Source of the DNA: Tubulanus polymorphus
Lineage: Eukaryota > Animalia > Nemertea
Length of the DNA stretch: 64,000 nt
Direction of reading: 5' to 3'
Assembly: GCF_964204645.1 (NCBI RefSeq)
Contig: NC_134030.1
Span: forward strand, 1,843,355-1,907,354
Below, in pieces: positions 25,001 to 36,366 of this stretch. How positions within the stretch are numbered: the first letter of the stretch is position 1; each line of letters starts with the position of its first letter. The translations under genes and the position numbers were made by a program. The notes beneath the pieces are model-generated. The model saw nothing but the letters and a program-made list of their open reading frames with translations, did no database searches and was not told the origin of the DNA.

Positions 25001-28000
25001 CACAGGTCGTACACGGGGCCGGGTGAAAATAAAAAAAATTTAAAAAGTTTAGAAAAAAAATTACTGAAAACTCAATCGTGACTTCAGGACAGGGTTTAGA
25101 ATGACAGTTAGAGTTTGTCGTCGGAGGTTAAACTGAAACTTGAAAATAAATTATCAAAATTAAAAAAAGGAAGAAAAACTGTTTCCGGATTCAAAATACA
25201 ATTAAAATTCACACAAAAAAACAAGGTTAAAACGTTAACGTTACACTTTCAACCATCTTTACTCTTAATTTAGATATCAATTAGAAGCCTGTACCACTCT
25301 CAGCCTGGACACTGTACCCCTCTCAGCCTGGACACTGTACCCCTCTCAGCCTGGACACTGTACCCCTCTCAGCCTGGACACTGTACCCCTCTCAGCCTGG
25401 ACACTGTACCCCTCTCAGCCTGGACACTGTACCCCTCTCAGCCTGGACACTGTACCCCTCTCAGCCTGGACACTGTACCCCTCTCAGCCTGGACACTGTA
25501 CCCCTCTCAGCCTGGACACTGTACCCCTCTCAGCCCGGACCCTGTATCCCTCTCAGCCTAGACCCTGTACCCCTCTCAGCCCGGACCCTGTACCCCTCTC
25601 AGCCCGGACCCTGAACCCCTCTCAGCCTGGACCTTACACCCCTCTCAGTCTGGAAACCACTAACAAGAATGTCTGAGAGGTTCAAGGCTGTAGAAATTGA
25701 CATCTGTATGAAGTCTTACATTATTAACAAAATTCCTGCCTCAAAAAAAAACCGTTTGTTAAATAAAAAACCGATCACAATTCAGAAGTTAAGGAGATTC
25801 TGTGTGGAATTAATGATAATTATGAGTTAACAGAGAGTGTGCCGCACGAAAAAATAAACACACAATAAACGAGGTTCATTTGTACCTTCAACGAGCGACA
25901 ATTCTCTAATACAACGTACCACCAGCGGGCGCGGTTACTAGTCAACGACCTACGAAATTCACATTTCACCTCGGCGCCGGTCGACGTCAGTAACGTATCG
26001 ACCTCGGACGGTATCAGCTGATCGGTCGTAGTGTTGTATAAATTACAACCGCGAAAATTGAATTTATCGAGTCGATAAATTTGATCGGTTACGTCTAAAT
26101 CATATTCGCCTAACGTTGTGTATTTCTGCCAACAGGACTGAGCAGACGACAGCGACAATAAAATAAAAACAAGCAAAATACGGTACAATATAAAACCATC
26201 GATGAAACGCTCTCCGAGTTCGTGTTCTAACAATTATATAAACTCCCTCCACACTAAAGAATAAAATGAGTCCAAAAAGTCTCCTTGAGCTGAGAGAACA
26301 CTTTTTGGAGTATACTTTATATTGCCTTTTTTGAATATCAAAATGCCCTTTTCGGACTTAACAGGTCAAAATGTGCTTCTGAATCTGCACCTGGGTGTTA
26401 AAGGCCTAACAAAATTATGAATACCTGAAGATGGCTAACGTTGAATGAACTACCCTCCCTAGCTCAAGGAATACAGTATTCCTGAAGATGACTATTTGGA
26501 TATAGTTGAAACGTTGATCAAACTACACTAGCTCAAGGAATACAGTATTCCCGAAGATGACTATTAGGATAAAGTCGAAACGTTGAATAAACTGCACTAG
26601 CTCAAGGAGACATTACAGACTCTTTTTATTCTTAGCGTGCAGGAATTCTATATATTACTGCATAATGCTGATATAAAAAAATATTCGACATATCGCTTTA
26701 AAATACAATAACTCAAAATATGTTATTCTGATTTTGTGAGAATCTTGATAGTATTCGAGTAGTTTCGGTAGCTGTAGAAATGAATAACTGTTTAAAAACC
26801 ATTTTTGGACTGGGCAAAAATGTGACAGATTTTTGTGTATCTTAAAGCAATACTCTACAATTCTACTCCGAGATATTCGTAACATAAAATCATCGTCAAT
26901 TTTGATATTTCGCTAGAAATTTCAAACTGAATTTGCGAGAACCGATTTAAATTTGAGATCTTCGAAAATATATCGAAATTTGACGATGTTTTTACACGAA
27001 AAGCAGGAAAAACACAGAACGCTGCCATAAAATAATAACAACAAGCGTGGTGATGAATCGTGGCACTAGGGGGCGCTGCTGGTACCTTCGTGCTCGCACA
27101 GTTACTAATACAAATAAACCACCATCGATCTCTTTGAGATATGAATGATCGTTCGGCCTCGCAGTGATGTGTCGGGACTCCTGATTGGTTAGATCTGATA
27201 CAGCCAGCCGACCAGCTACCGCGTTGTGTTAACTGTATGATCTGATAGTTATCACCGTCCGGGTTTAAAACGCTCAGTTTTTGGTAGCAGTTCTGTGTCG
27301 TCGCAGCACGTAAAATTTATACATTTAGAAAATATCATCAGTTGAATCTTGGGGGGGGGGGAGGGGGAGGAGTGTGGTAAATCTTTGATCTTTTATAGCA
27401 CACTGGTCCCTTTTACAAGGTGGTCACTTTCTACCAATTAACAAATTGGGGCCTACCCCGAGTTTTGCCCGTTTTTTCCAAATCCTGTTTTTTTGCAAAA
27501 TTTGCCTAAAGTTTTTCCCGATTTTTTAAAGATTTTTCTGATTCCCTGAATTTCCAGGTTTTTCAGCTCAGCGGCGCTAACCGTGTTTTATGAAGTTTTG
27601 ATAGGGTATATTGTCACTGATTGAAATTTTCAAAATATTTTCCAAGACTTTCAAGGAGTTTAAGAATAATTTCTCAAATTAGAAAGATGATTCAATGTCT
27701 GGAAAATGATATTTTTAGAAAACAAGACATATTGTATATTTTCAACTATTCCCTTGATGTGTCCCTATCAATACGACCCATCTTAAGTTGTTTAAAGGAT
27801 AAAATGAATTGAGAATACGAACCTTTGAATCATTTTTGTAGACGGCCTCCCACTGTCCAGGTGAATCAAAATACATCAGTATATTCTGAACTTCATAAGT
27901 CTAAAAATCAACACAATTAAAGTTATAACTGAGTCTGATCCAGCGACTAGTTTCACAAAAAGGTTTTTAACTCTTTTTAATATCATTCAGTTCAAACCTG

Positions 28001-28871
28001 AAATCATACTATAATTGGCATTTGAAATGTTTGTCACGGAATTTTAAGACCAAACTCCAGGATGTCTCAATAATAGATATTTAGTTAGGCCTACCTGTGG
28101 ATAGGACAACTTGAAACGAATTTTACCAATTTCAGAAAGGAAGCAAAATCTAGTTAGGAAAACCCAGTTCTGTAAAAATAACAAAAAATACAATTAGCGT
28201 GAGATAGAGATGAATTGTTTTATTCAGGATCAAGCGCCTATACTGACTGATGGAGGAGGGCTGGCAGGTGGAGGGGGCAACAACAGAGACACGGATCCAT
28301 GGATCATTGTAGCAACTGTACAGTGAGTAGCCGGCCTAATAGAACTCACTTAATTCTGATGACTAGGGATTGCACCCAGATCTCTCCAAATTGAGTAAAA
28401 TCCAAATTATGAACAATAGTGTACAACATGGTCCCAGGTTGAATGGACCATATTTCATCCGCATTTAGGCCCTACTTTGTTGGTACTATCTATATGACGT
28501 GAAAATCTGGATTGAAAAATCAGAATTAAGCGAGTTCTCTGTGTGTTTAAGTCCTACCCCTGAAATCATTCATACACAACTCTTGCCCACACTAAAAAGG
28601 CCCCATCCATCTCTGCAGAGTAGGACCAAGGGCAGGCGCTTTCCATGTGTACTGTAGTCTGTAGTAGTGTCTGGATTTGCAGGAAAGCGAAAGGACTTTT
28701 CTTCTTTTCTTCGTTATCTCGCCATTTCGATCGATTCATAGATGAAATTACGGTTAATGAAACATTGAAATTTACCTCAGCTGATTTTAAATGCCCGCTC
28801 ACGTATTTAGAGTTAGTTATTCCGATAAAACAGCCGCAAAATAGCAGCGAAATCACAGTTAAAACCCGCAT
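16207..28871 (-). CDS. TMEM145: Transmembrane protein 145 (GPR180/TMEM145 family; GOLD-like luminal domain plus 7TM)
   Basis: Exons 28776-28871 (signal peptide, KYVSGHL), 28095-28169 (NWVFLTRFCFLS), 27823-27900 (QNILMYFDSPGQW), alternative exon 4a/4b/4c, 22869-22953 (MTNG..HFSADEF), 22412-22483, 19613-19762 (RQLFHTTYKM), 17837-18009 (LLAKGYTVTRGR), 17248-17420 (FFDPGLVLYTYES), 17012-17132 (WVREKVVNG), 16867-16926 (TRPSAANNNFPFHVRT), 16207-16335 (PNFTDLF). Phases are consistent and the motifs match vertebrate TMEM145 as I recall it. The terminal exon is not resolved. Confidence 0.93.
18470..18900. repeat. 24-bp minisatellite (tatcatacacaagggtatacacaa)n
   Basis: Directly visible in a TMEM145 intron. 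Confidence 0.9.
19185..19500. repeat. About 42-bp dimorphic tandem repeat (tactacagggtaccctcaacctgctgaacgccactcagggcag)
   Basis: Two alternating unit variants. Confidence 0.8.
20088..20150 (-). mobile_element. tRNA-derived SINE head or tRNA pseudogene
   Basis: Minus strand agttagctcagttggttgagtg...ggtccctagttcgaaacc has an A box and B box but no good acceptor stem; similar heads at about 41175-41240 (-) and 29575-29650 (+). Confidence 0.5.
20850..21133. mobile_element. Non-autonomous piggyBac-like element
   Basis: TTAA|CCCTTTCCGTGC left end and GCACTGAAAGGG right end (right TSD degenerate); fragments at about 12300-12420 and 42777-42800. Confidence 0.55.
22046..22094. repeat. (TA)n microsatellite
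   Basis: Directly visible. Confidence 0.95.
23810..24708. repeat. 47-bp satellite array expanded inside a family C MITE-like element
   Basis: Unit taagaccagtctaagctcattttggttctataaccaatctaacaact, about 15 copies, bounded by ggggccagttgtatagtc and gactgtacaactggtccc. Confidence 0.85.
24739..24984 (-). CDS. TMEM145: TMEM145 alternative exon 4c (82 aa, TCEQK...RWWYVVIENCQSIK)
   Basis: tag acceptor, AAG|GTATC donor, phase 0-0, open frame; absent from the ORF track. Confidence 0.8.
25290..25652. repeat. 23-bp minisatellite (ctgtacccctctcagcctggaca)n
   Basis: Homogeneous array between exons 4b and 4c; same family at 51010-51690. Confidence 0.92.
25886..26137 (-). CDS. TMEM145: TMEM145 alternative exon 4b (84 aa, SCWQK...RWWYVVLENCRSLK)
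   Basis: cag acceptor, AAG|GTACA donor, phase 0-0, open frame. Confidence 0.8.
26420..26610 (+). ncRNA. Tandem (69-nt period) degenerate hammerhead ribozyme motifs
   Basis: tattc-CTGAAGA-T-gacta..tagtt-GAAACGT-T (26477-26516) and tattc-CCGAAGA-T-gact..agtc-GAAACGT-T-gaata (26546-26589). Confidence 0.55.
27086..27292 (-). CDS. TMEM145: TMEM145 alternative exon 4a (69 aa, NCYQK...RWWFICISNCASTK)
   Basis: cag acceptor, AAG|GTACC donor, phase 0-0, open frame; closest to the canonical exon. Confidence 0.85.
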
Positions 28872-30067
28872 TCTGACGTTGAATCGAGGTGTACTATTCC
28901 GCCATATTGTATTCCACATACAAGAGTGCATAAAACTTGCCCGGGCAGGCAAGCTATCGCGCTTTACAAAGACACAGATTTCTTGTGTAGCTATACACTC
29001 TTTACTACCAGCGCCTCGTTACCTAGCACCAGATCCAAATAACCCTTAACTCAAAATTTTCACTAGCATTTTATTTTAACGCTTTTCAAGCGTTATTTTT
29101 ATGAGTGATTCAATTATTCTGTGAATATTTTCTATAAATTATAGAATCTGATTCAGTTTTTTTAGATCAAATTAATTCATATTTTATTACGCGGTATCTG
29201 ATTGCGAAAATAAGTTGCCTACGAATTATCGCGAGTGGCTCCGTAGCAGCCTGCTGTGATATGAAGACTACGGGTGTTAGTAATAAATTATTAAAACGAA
29301 ATTCGTCGTAAATAGGAATAAGATTTTCGTATCTTCGAAAAAGGAAATCCAACTGAGTCAGTCTATCTATGGTCGGTTGATACGCGACCGGACATGTGAA
29401 AAATAATAGCATTAAACATGAAATCCAATTGATAAAAGACAATTCCATATTTTAAGATCAAGAACAGACCCATAGTTTTAGCAGGATAGAGTCGAGATTC
29501 CGTTTAAGGAGTAATAGACTCATCTCTTGATATTAGATAAATTGAAATATATAACATTAACAGATGACTATTAGTGTCAGCGAGTGACCGGTGATCGGTC
29601 GGTAGGGCGTTGCGTGGACAAACAGTAGACCCGGGTTCGAGGCGCGGCAAATCCGGTAGTTACGTCTCACCTTTCAACCTAAAGTGATTTTGCTTTTTTG
29701 TTTTTTCTATCAAGATATCAACATGTAAAATCATTAGTCACGCTTTATAATCTGTAACCTAATAACATTATGTATTCTAATAAAGCTCTTTGACGCGGGT
29801 CTGAAATGAGCGAAATCCATTTTGTGCAATATATAATTCAACTAATTGAAAATGAACTAATTTAAACTCTAGAAAACATTCATACATTTTGCAATATATA
29901 AATGCGAAGTAATCCGACATAGAAGAAAAAGAAATTCCGCCCGGTCATAAGACGTGAATTCAGTTTTGTATATTTCCTTCAGTCTGTGACGATTGACCAG
30001 TTGAACTGTGCGCGCACGGACTTGCTTTAAGTCGTCGTTAAGTGCGTGCGCACGCATTTTGTTTCCC

Positions 30068-30075
30068 TATATAAA
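30068..30075 (+). promoter_or_regulatory. TATA box of the prohormone-like gene
   Basis: TATATAAA about 75 nt upstream of the first donor; preceded by tgcgtgcgcacgca (NRF1-like). Confidence 0.55.
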
Positions 30076-30146
30076 TCAGTTACCATCGAATAAAAGATCG
30101 TTATTTACTGGACGTACAGGACAAGAGTAAAACATCCATCGCAAAC

Positions 30147-31591
30147 ATGTAAGTGAAAATTAGTTTTAATGAGAAAAAAAGATTCGTGTATTATTTCAGT
30201 TTCCATAAACTGTAGGATGTATTCAATTCAAATGAAGAAAGAACGCAATAACGCAATAAAACTCAAAAAGTTTTAGTGACATTTCGACTCAATTTTATTC
30301 TGAATTTCTTTATGAAAATGCTCATATTATATAGAATCGCGTAGAAACCTCTCTTTTGTTGATCAGTTCATAATCATTGTGGGTGTTGGTTGCAGGCTTT
30401 ATGATCGCCCAGGACTGGGTCCAGGGGCAAAAATCAGGCTCTTTCTTCTCGAAAAATTCGACGAAAATTTGTCATTGTTTCTAATGGACGTTTTCTACAT
30501 TTATTTTTTGGCAAAAGTTTTTTCGACAAGGGCCCTAAATAGGTTGAGTAGCCATAAATCATACGAAAGTCTAATCAAACCTGCTCCATAGATTTTATTT
30601 CATTGAAAATATGTTTCTATCGAGTTTCATGTGTATCATATATTTCTTATAAACAATTCATTTATGTTTCTGATATTTCATTTTTCAGGAAACTTTTAGC
30701 CGTTGCATTGATCGCGACATACGCGCTATCCGTGGTGATGGCAGAATATCATGGCGATAGTCTAGGTAGTCTACGAGATCTTCTTCGAGTATCTGTTTTG
30801 TGAAACTGATCCTTGAATCTTGTCCCGTGGTTGTTCTATTTTCAGATAGATTAGAGGACGGCTTAGAGCCGAGTTTGAGATCGTTACAGATGGCTTTAGA
30901 CGCCGCTTGGGAATTACAAAAACGAGCCTCGGACCCGCTCGAGAAACGCGGCAGTGAGGAAGAAAACGAATTGCTACAAAATCTGGTCGACGACGCCGCT
31001 GAGAAAGTGATGAAACGCAAAGCAGCCGAAGTTGAAGCGGCCAGAGAAGATGAAGAACCTGGTATGTCCTGAAAAGTCTAACACATCAATATCCACATTT
31101 CCACACACGCATCCAGTTCTACAGTTCTCTAAATGAACTAATTCCAACTATAGACTCAAAAACTAGATCCCAAAAGTGAAAAATGACATCAATAAGGAAT
31201 TCTATATCCGAATTTTTGGTCTATTAAGACTGCGTTAAAGCACATGTATATAATATTCAATTCTATTTTTCAGCTGATGACGCAGTTGCTAAGGAACTGT
31301 TGAGTTTACTGATGGATGAAGGTACGTGATTTTTTTTTGAGGGCGCACAATGTATTACAAGCCTCGCCAAAATCAAAGGGACCCCCGTGATTAAACTTCT
31401 CCCTCGATTTCTGAGGACCGTAATTTAAGCCTGCCTTAAACTATCGGGCCTGACCCACCACGTTGTCCGTACATAAAGTTAATTTTTTTTCTGTAACTCA
31501 GGGTAATTGGATATTTGTTTTTTTTCCTATTACAGATGAAAGCGTATTACGTGATCGCAGAAGAAGACCCGGATGTATTCACTGCAATTAG
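30147..31591 (+). CDS. Secreted neuropeptide/prohormone-like precursor (132 aa) ending RRRR-PGCIHCN
   Basis: Exons 30147-30148 (AT), 30689-30765, 30846-31061, 31274-31321, 31536-31591; 399 nt in frame. Protein MKLLAVALIATYALSVVMAEYHGDSLDRLEDGLEPSLRSLQMALDAAWELQKRASDPLEKRGSEEENELLQNLVDDAAEKVMKRKAAEVEAAREDEEPADDAVAKELLSLLMDEDESVLRDRRRRPGCIHCN*. AATAAA near 31864. Confidence 0.85.
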
Positions 31592-32306
31592 CGGTGAAAC
31601 TATCGTCGCCCGTTGTTTGAACTCAAATTTGAAATTACCGACACTTTTTTCCATGTTCCATTTATTAACGCTTTATCTTTCATGGCTCCTAATTTATTCA
31701 ATGCTGTATCCGTTTAATTCGTATAGATAATTGTATGCAAACTAATAACTTCCTGTATGATACTTAACCCTAATTTTTAATTAATTTGATTTTTATTATG
31801 AATATATGTTCATTTTTTTGTGAAATTTCTTACTAATCAATCTGTATAAAAAGATCTGTATAAAATAAAAGGTTTAATCGATTGGTAGAGAATGTTTGTT
31901 TTTGTTTTGTCTTTTCGACATGGGAGTCAGGCTCTTCAATGCACTGACCCCGACCGACGAGTCGTGATTTACCAATCATAACCTCGTACCTTAACCTCAC
32001 CGAGAATACGAATATCTCCTATTCTACAACCGTTGCCATCGTATATGGATGGGGAAAACAGGAGGAGTGCAGCCAAACCCGCTTAATCGGATCGGCTTAA
32101 TCCAGATTTTGGTCTAATCTGGACAATATTTGCAGTCCATTTGTTCATTTCAATCCGAATTTCCCGTAAACCGGATGAATTTTGTTAGTCCCAAATGATC
32201 CGAATTAAATGGATTCTACTTTAATCACAATTAAATACCAAAAAAAAAACCAGAAAGTGACTGACGATGAATTTAAAATGATTAACGCAATATTATCATA
32301 CTACTA

Positions 32307-32460
32307 GGTGCTGCCGCTATGCTCAGTGTTAGCGGAATTTTCGTGAACTAACATGAGCCTGCTCTGGCAATCGAGTAGAATGAGAGGCACGTTGATTGCC
32401 AGAGACGGCACGTATTAGTGTATGAAAAATCCGCTAACGATGAGCATAGCGGCAGCACCT
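32307..32460. mobile_element. Hairpin MITE, family A copy
   Basis: aggtgctgccgctatgctc ... gagcatagcggcagcacct. Confidence 0.75.
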
Positions 32461-32624
32461 TACGGTATGTTGGGGCAACACTTTTATCATAAATATTAGT
32501 GTATGACTATCCCGTTGAGGGCGCTGTATTACAAAATTCTAGATTCTTTTATCAGATATGATAATATTTCTAAGACATAAAATATAATAGATGGCTTGTG
32601 TATCAATAAAACTGAATTGTCAGA

Positions 32625-33512
32625 TTAGGTCCCCTCGTCCTGGGTCACACCAACATACTAGGAAGTCCCCTCTCCTCTCATTGGGTCACACCTACACTCC
32701 TTTGTTCTCAAGGGTCACACCAACGCTAGGGCAGCCCTGCCCTCCTCGTCTAGGTCACACCTACACACTAGGAGTCCCCTCTCCTTGCCTGTGGGTCACA
32801 CCAACACGTAACTAGGAAGTCCCCTCCTCTCCTGGGTCACACCGACACTCCTTTGCTCTCCAGGGTCATACCAACGCTAGGGCAGCCCTGCCCTCCTCGT
32901 CTAGGTCACACCTACACACTAGGAGTCCCCTCTCTCCTTGCCTGTGGGTCACACCAACACGTAACTAGGAAGTCCCCTCCTCTCCTGGGTCACACCGACA
33001 CTCCTTTGCTCTCCAGGGTCATACCAACGCTAGGGCAGCCCTGCCCGCCTCGTCTTGGTCACACCTACACACTAGGAGTCCCCTCTCTCCTTGCCTGTGG
33101 GTCACACCAACACATTACTAGGAAGTCCCCTCCTCTCCTGGGTCACACCGACACTCATTTGCTCTCCAGGGTCATACCAACGCTAGGGCAGCCCTGCCCG
33201 CCTCGTCTAGGTCACACCTACACACTAGGAGTCCCCTCTCTCCTTGCCTGTGGGTCACACCAACACATTACTAGGAAGTCCCCTCCTCTCCTGGGTCACA
33301 CCGACGCTCATTTGCTCTCCAGGGTCATACCAACGCTAGGGCAGCCCTGCCCGCCTCGTCTAGGTCACACCTACACACTAGGAGTCCCTTCTCTCCTTGC
33401 CTGTGGGTCACACCAACACATTACTAGGAAGTCCCCTCCTCTCCTGGGTCACACCGACGCTCATTTGCTCTCCAGGGTCATACCAACGCTAGGGCAGCCC
33501 TGCCCTCCTCTC
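32625..33512. repeat. 153-bp higher-order tandem repeat (four ggtcacacc-like subunits per unit)
   Basis: Period 153 (32853 to 33006), about 5.5 copies. Confidence 0.9.
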
Positions 33513-33721
33513 ACCGGGATCAGGCCCACCTTCCCTTACTCCTATCACAACTGGGAAGGTTACGTTCTGTGAAGAAGGACTCCACTCTCCGAGAGGTTGA
33601 TCTTACATCCATACAAGTTACCTCAATAATAAAAACAGCACTGATTTTTGTCAATTCTAAGTTTTATTCATGTGAATAAAAATCATCACCTCTTCTTTAC
33701 AGATGTTTAATTTTCATATAC

Positions 33722-33722
<1 letters not shown>

Positions 33723-33801
<79 letters not shown>
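33723..33801. repeat. (TA)n microsatellite
   Basis: Directly visible. Confidence 0.95.
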
Positions 33802-33804
<3 letters not shown>

Positions 33805-34729
33805 ATTATATTTACAAAATATTTTATCTGTGGGGAGGAAATTTTGCTTGTTTTGTTTCAACCGAATAATGTCAATCATTGTAGCTCAGAAAATTTATGA
33901 GAATATTTTCTACTCATTTTCCAAACGAAACCGAACGAGACAAACTTCAGACTTCAGATTAGATTTCAGTAAAACATTTCAAAAATCTCGGTAGCGTCGG
34001 GACTGCTGTAAAAAATATTTCACCGAGTTGAGAATCAGGGAACTCTGTAGTATCGGGACTGCTGTCGTCAATATTTCGCCGCGTTGAGTTTCAGAAAAAA
34101 GATTTATCCAAATACCGGTAAATGTGAGTAAGATTTACCAAAGACTTTAGAGTTAACGGAGTATGGCAGAGTCTACGGTACATACAGTATCTACAATAAA
34201 CAAATGAACTAAAAGATAATCTGTGAATTGATGGCAGCTACTGACACAATCACTCAAAACAGCAAGCAAACCATTCCTTCCTACCAATAATATCATTCTT
34301 AAAAAAAAAAAAATCCACCGTAAAATTTTTACGAGATCGTACAGTTAAAACAAATACATGAGCGCAACATGAAGATGAGAATTTGAAGATTTCGTTTGTT
34401 GTTTTTCATACAAATTTTAACGATTCGTTAAATTGTTTTATCGCTTACTCGCACAAGTCACCAAACTCTCTCTCTAAAAAAAAAAACCAGAAATAAGAAA
34501 TCTTTTCTTTTCAAAAACAACAAAGCACAAAACTTACATATTCTTCTCCCTGCGCACCCTCAGTTTATCACATTATTAATTACGTTGCTTGGCAACTCGT
34601 TTATTCATTCTAATTATAAATAGAATCATTTTTTTTCGTAAACATAAATCATTGAATCATCGAATATAGTGAAGATGGCACATTCATTGATGTTACAGGT
34701 TTTAGCACAAACTTCTTGAGTAAATCAAA

Positions 34730-35005
34730 ATCAATCAAATTGATACATACTCAATCAAATTAATACATACTCAATCCAATTGATACATACTAAATCAAAT
34801 TAATACATACTCAATCTAATTAATGCATACTCAATTCAATTAATACATACCCAATTCAATTAATACATAGTAAATTGAATTAATACCAATCCGTACTCAA
34901 TCAAATTAATATATACTCAAATTGCTACATACTCAATTGAATTGATACCAGTACATTATCAAATTGATACATTCTCAATCAAATTGATACATTCTCAATC
35001 AAATA
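34730..35005. repeat. 20-bp AT-rich tandem repeat (tcaatcaaattaatacatac)
   Basis: Imperfect copies visible. Confidence 0.75.
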
Positions 35006-36045
35006 CTAGCATAAATAACAACATAACCAATAAACAAAATAGATACAATATTAAGCTCACTCACTCAGGGAGACTCATTCACACTGTACAGTCCTATTTC
35101 ACGTAAAAAAAGTTTAACCTCTTTTAAGTTTGAAATCTTTATTTTTTCGGTCGACCTTCAATGAATAAAGGAGTTAAACATTTTCGTGAAACCAGACCGT
35201 GGACTAGTGCAGCAGCAGTGTATAACTTTAAAATGTGAAAATACACACTTCAAGTCAAAACAAAGCTTATTGTCATAATACAAAATAATAGATATCTCAA
35301 TGTTTTAATCAATTTATGCTTAAGAAGCACTTTAATTTCGAGTGTTTTTCCACGCGTCAGAAAACGCTACGATAGTAAAATCAAATTGTATCCGAGTTAT
35401 TGTTTCTTGAGAAGTGAGATAGAAAACTTCAAATATCTGATTCTTAACATTAAGCAAATATCAATCTGCAGCCTGGAGCCTGTAAACCCCTCCGTACGGA
35501 TACTGTACCCTCTCAACACTTTAGATAATTCATCATGATTTTCAAATCTTTTATCATCAACACTTAACGTGTGTTCAGAATTTCAGCGGGAAATTTTCAA
35601 ATGAAAAATGAACTACAAACACCAGACATTTTATCAGCACACTTTCAAAAACTGATCGTCCACACTTCACATGTGTTCAGTGCTTCACCTGAGACATTTC
35701 TAATCGAAAATGAACTACAAACACCAGATATTAGACGTATCATAAGCACACTTTCTAAAATTTGCACTTAAACGGTGACTATCTGAGGGGTGCAGGTTCC
35801 AGGCTGCACATTCCTACCTGTGAAATATAGTGGGGTATCTACAGTTTAACAAACAACCCTTTAACCTTAAATAATATAATATACGCCTAATGACATCAAT
35901 ATCACTACTGTTTGTCATCAGTAGAATCAACACAAATGCCCTTTAGAAATAGAAATCGAATCATACAGGCAGACAGCAGGCTCTGGCATGTGAATGTACA
36001 TGTATAATATTAATGGTATATATATATTTATATATAACACATCGA

Positions 36046-36082
<37 letters not shown>

Positions 36083-36366
36083 TAATAAATCTATTAATAA
36101 ATGTGATTAATTAAATATTCCTCTACGTTGCTTTACGTTATAAGGACATAAATGATGAATTCAGTATTGAATGAGTTGGTCTATAGAGGGCGCTATCTCC
36201 CGAGTCATCTGGTGCTCCGAGTTACCGAATAATCAAATTTCCCTATTCCAATTAATGGCTCTCATTGTCGGCTGTAGCAACCAATTGGAACAACAATCAG
36301 AAGTGTTCATACCGATGTACAGTAAACCCCACTCAGAGATGTTCTACTGAACTTGGTCTACAGAAT

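Noticed and set aside
28872-28952. Longer N-terminus for TMEM145 from the upstream ATG at 28952
   Set aside because: The signal peptide begins at MRVLTV (28871), matching the family layout; the extension is unsupported.
31515-31730. ORF-track reading MKAYYVIAEEDPD as the last exon of the prohormone gene
   Set aside because: The preceding donor at 31321 is phase 1, which forces the DESVLRDRRRRPGCIHCN frame.
32853-33572. 239-aa ORF with 51-aa repeats
   Set aside because: By-product of a 153-bp satellite (a multiple of 3); non-ATG start, no splice or domain support.
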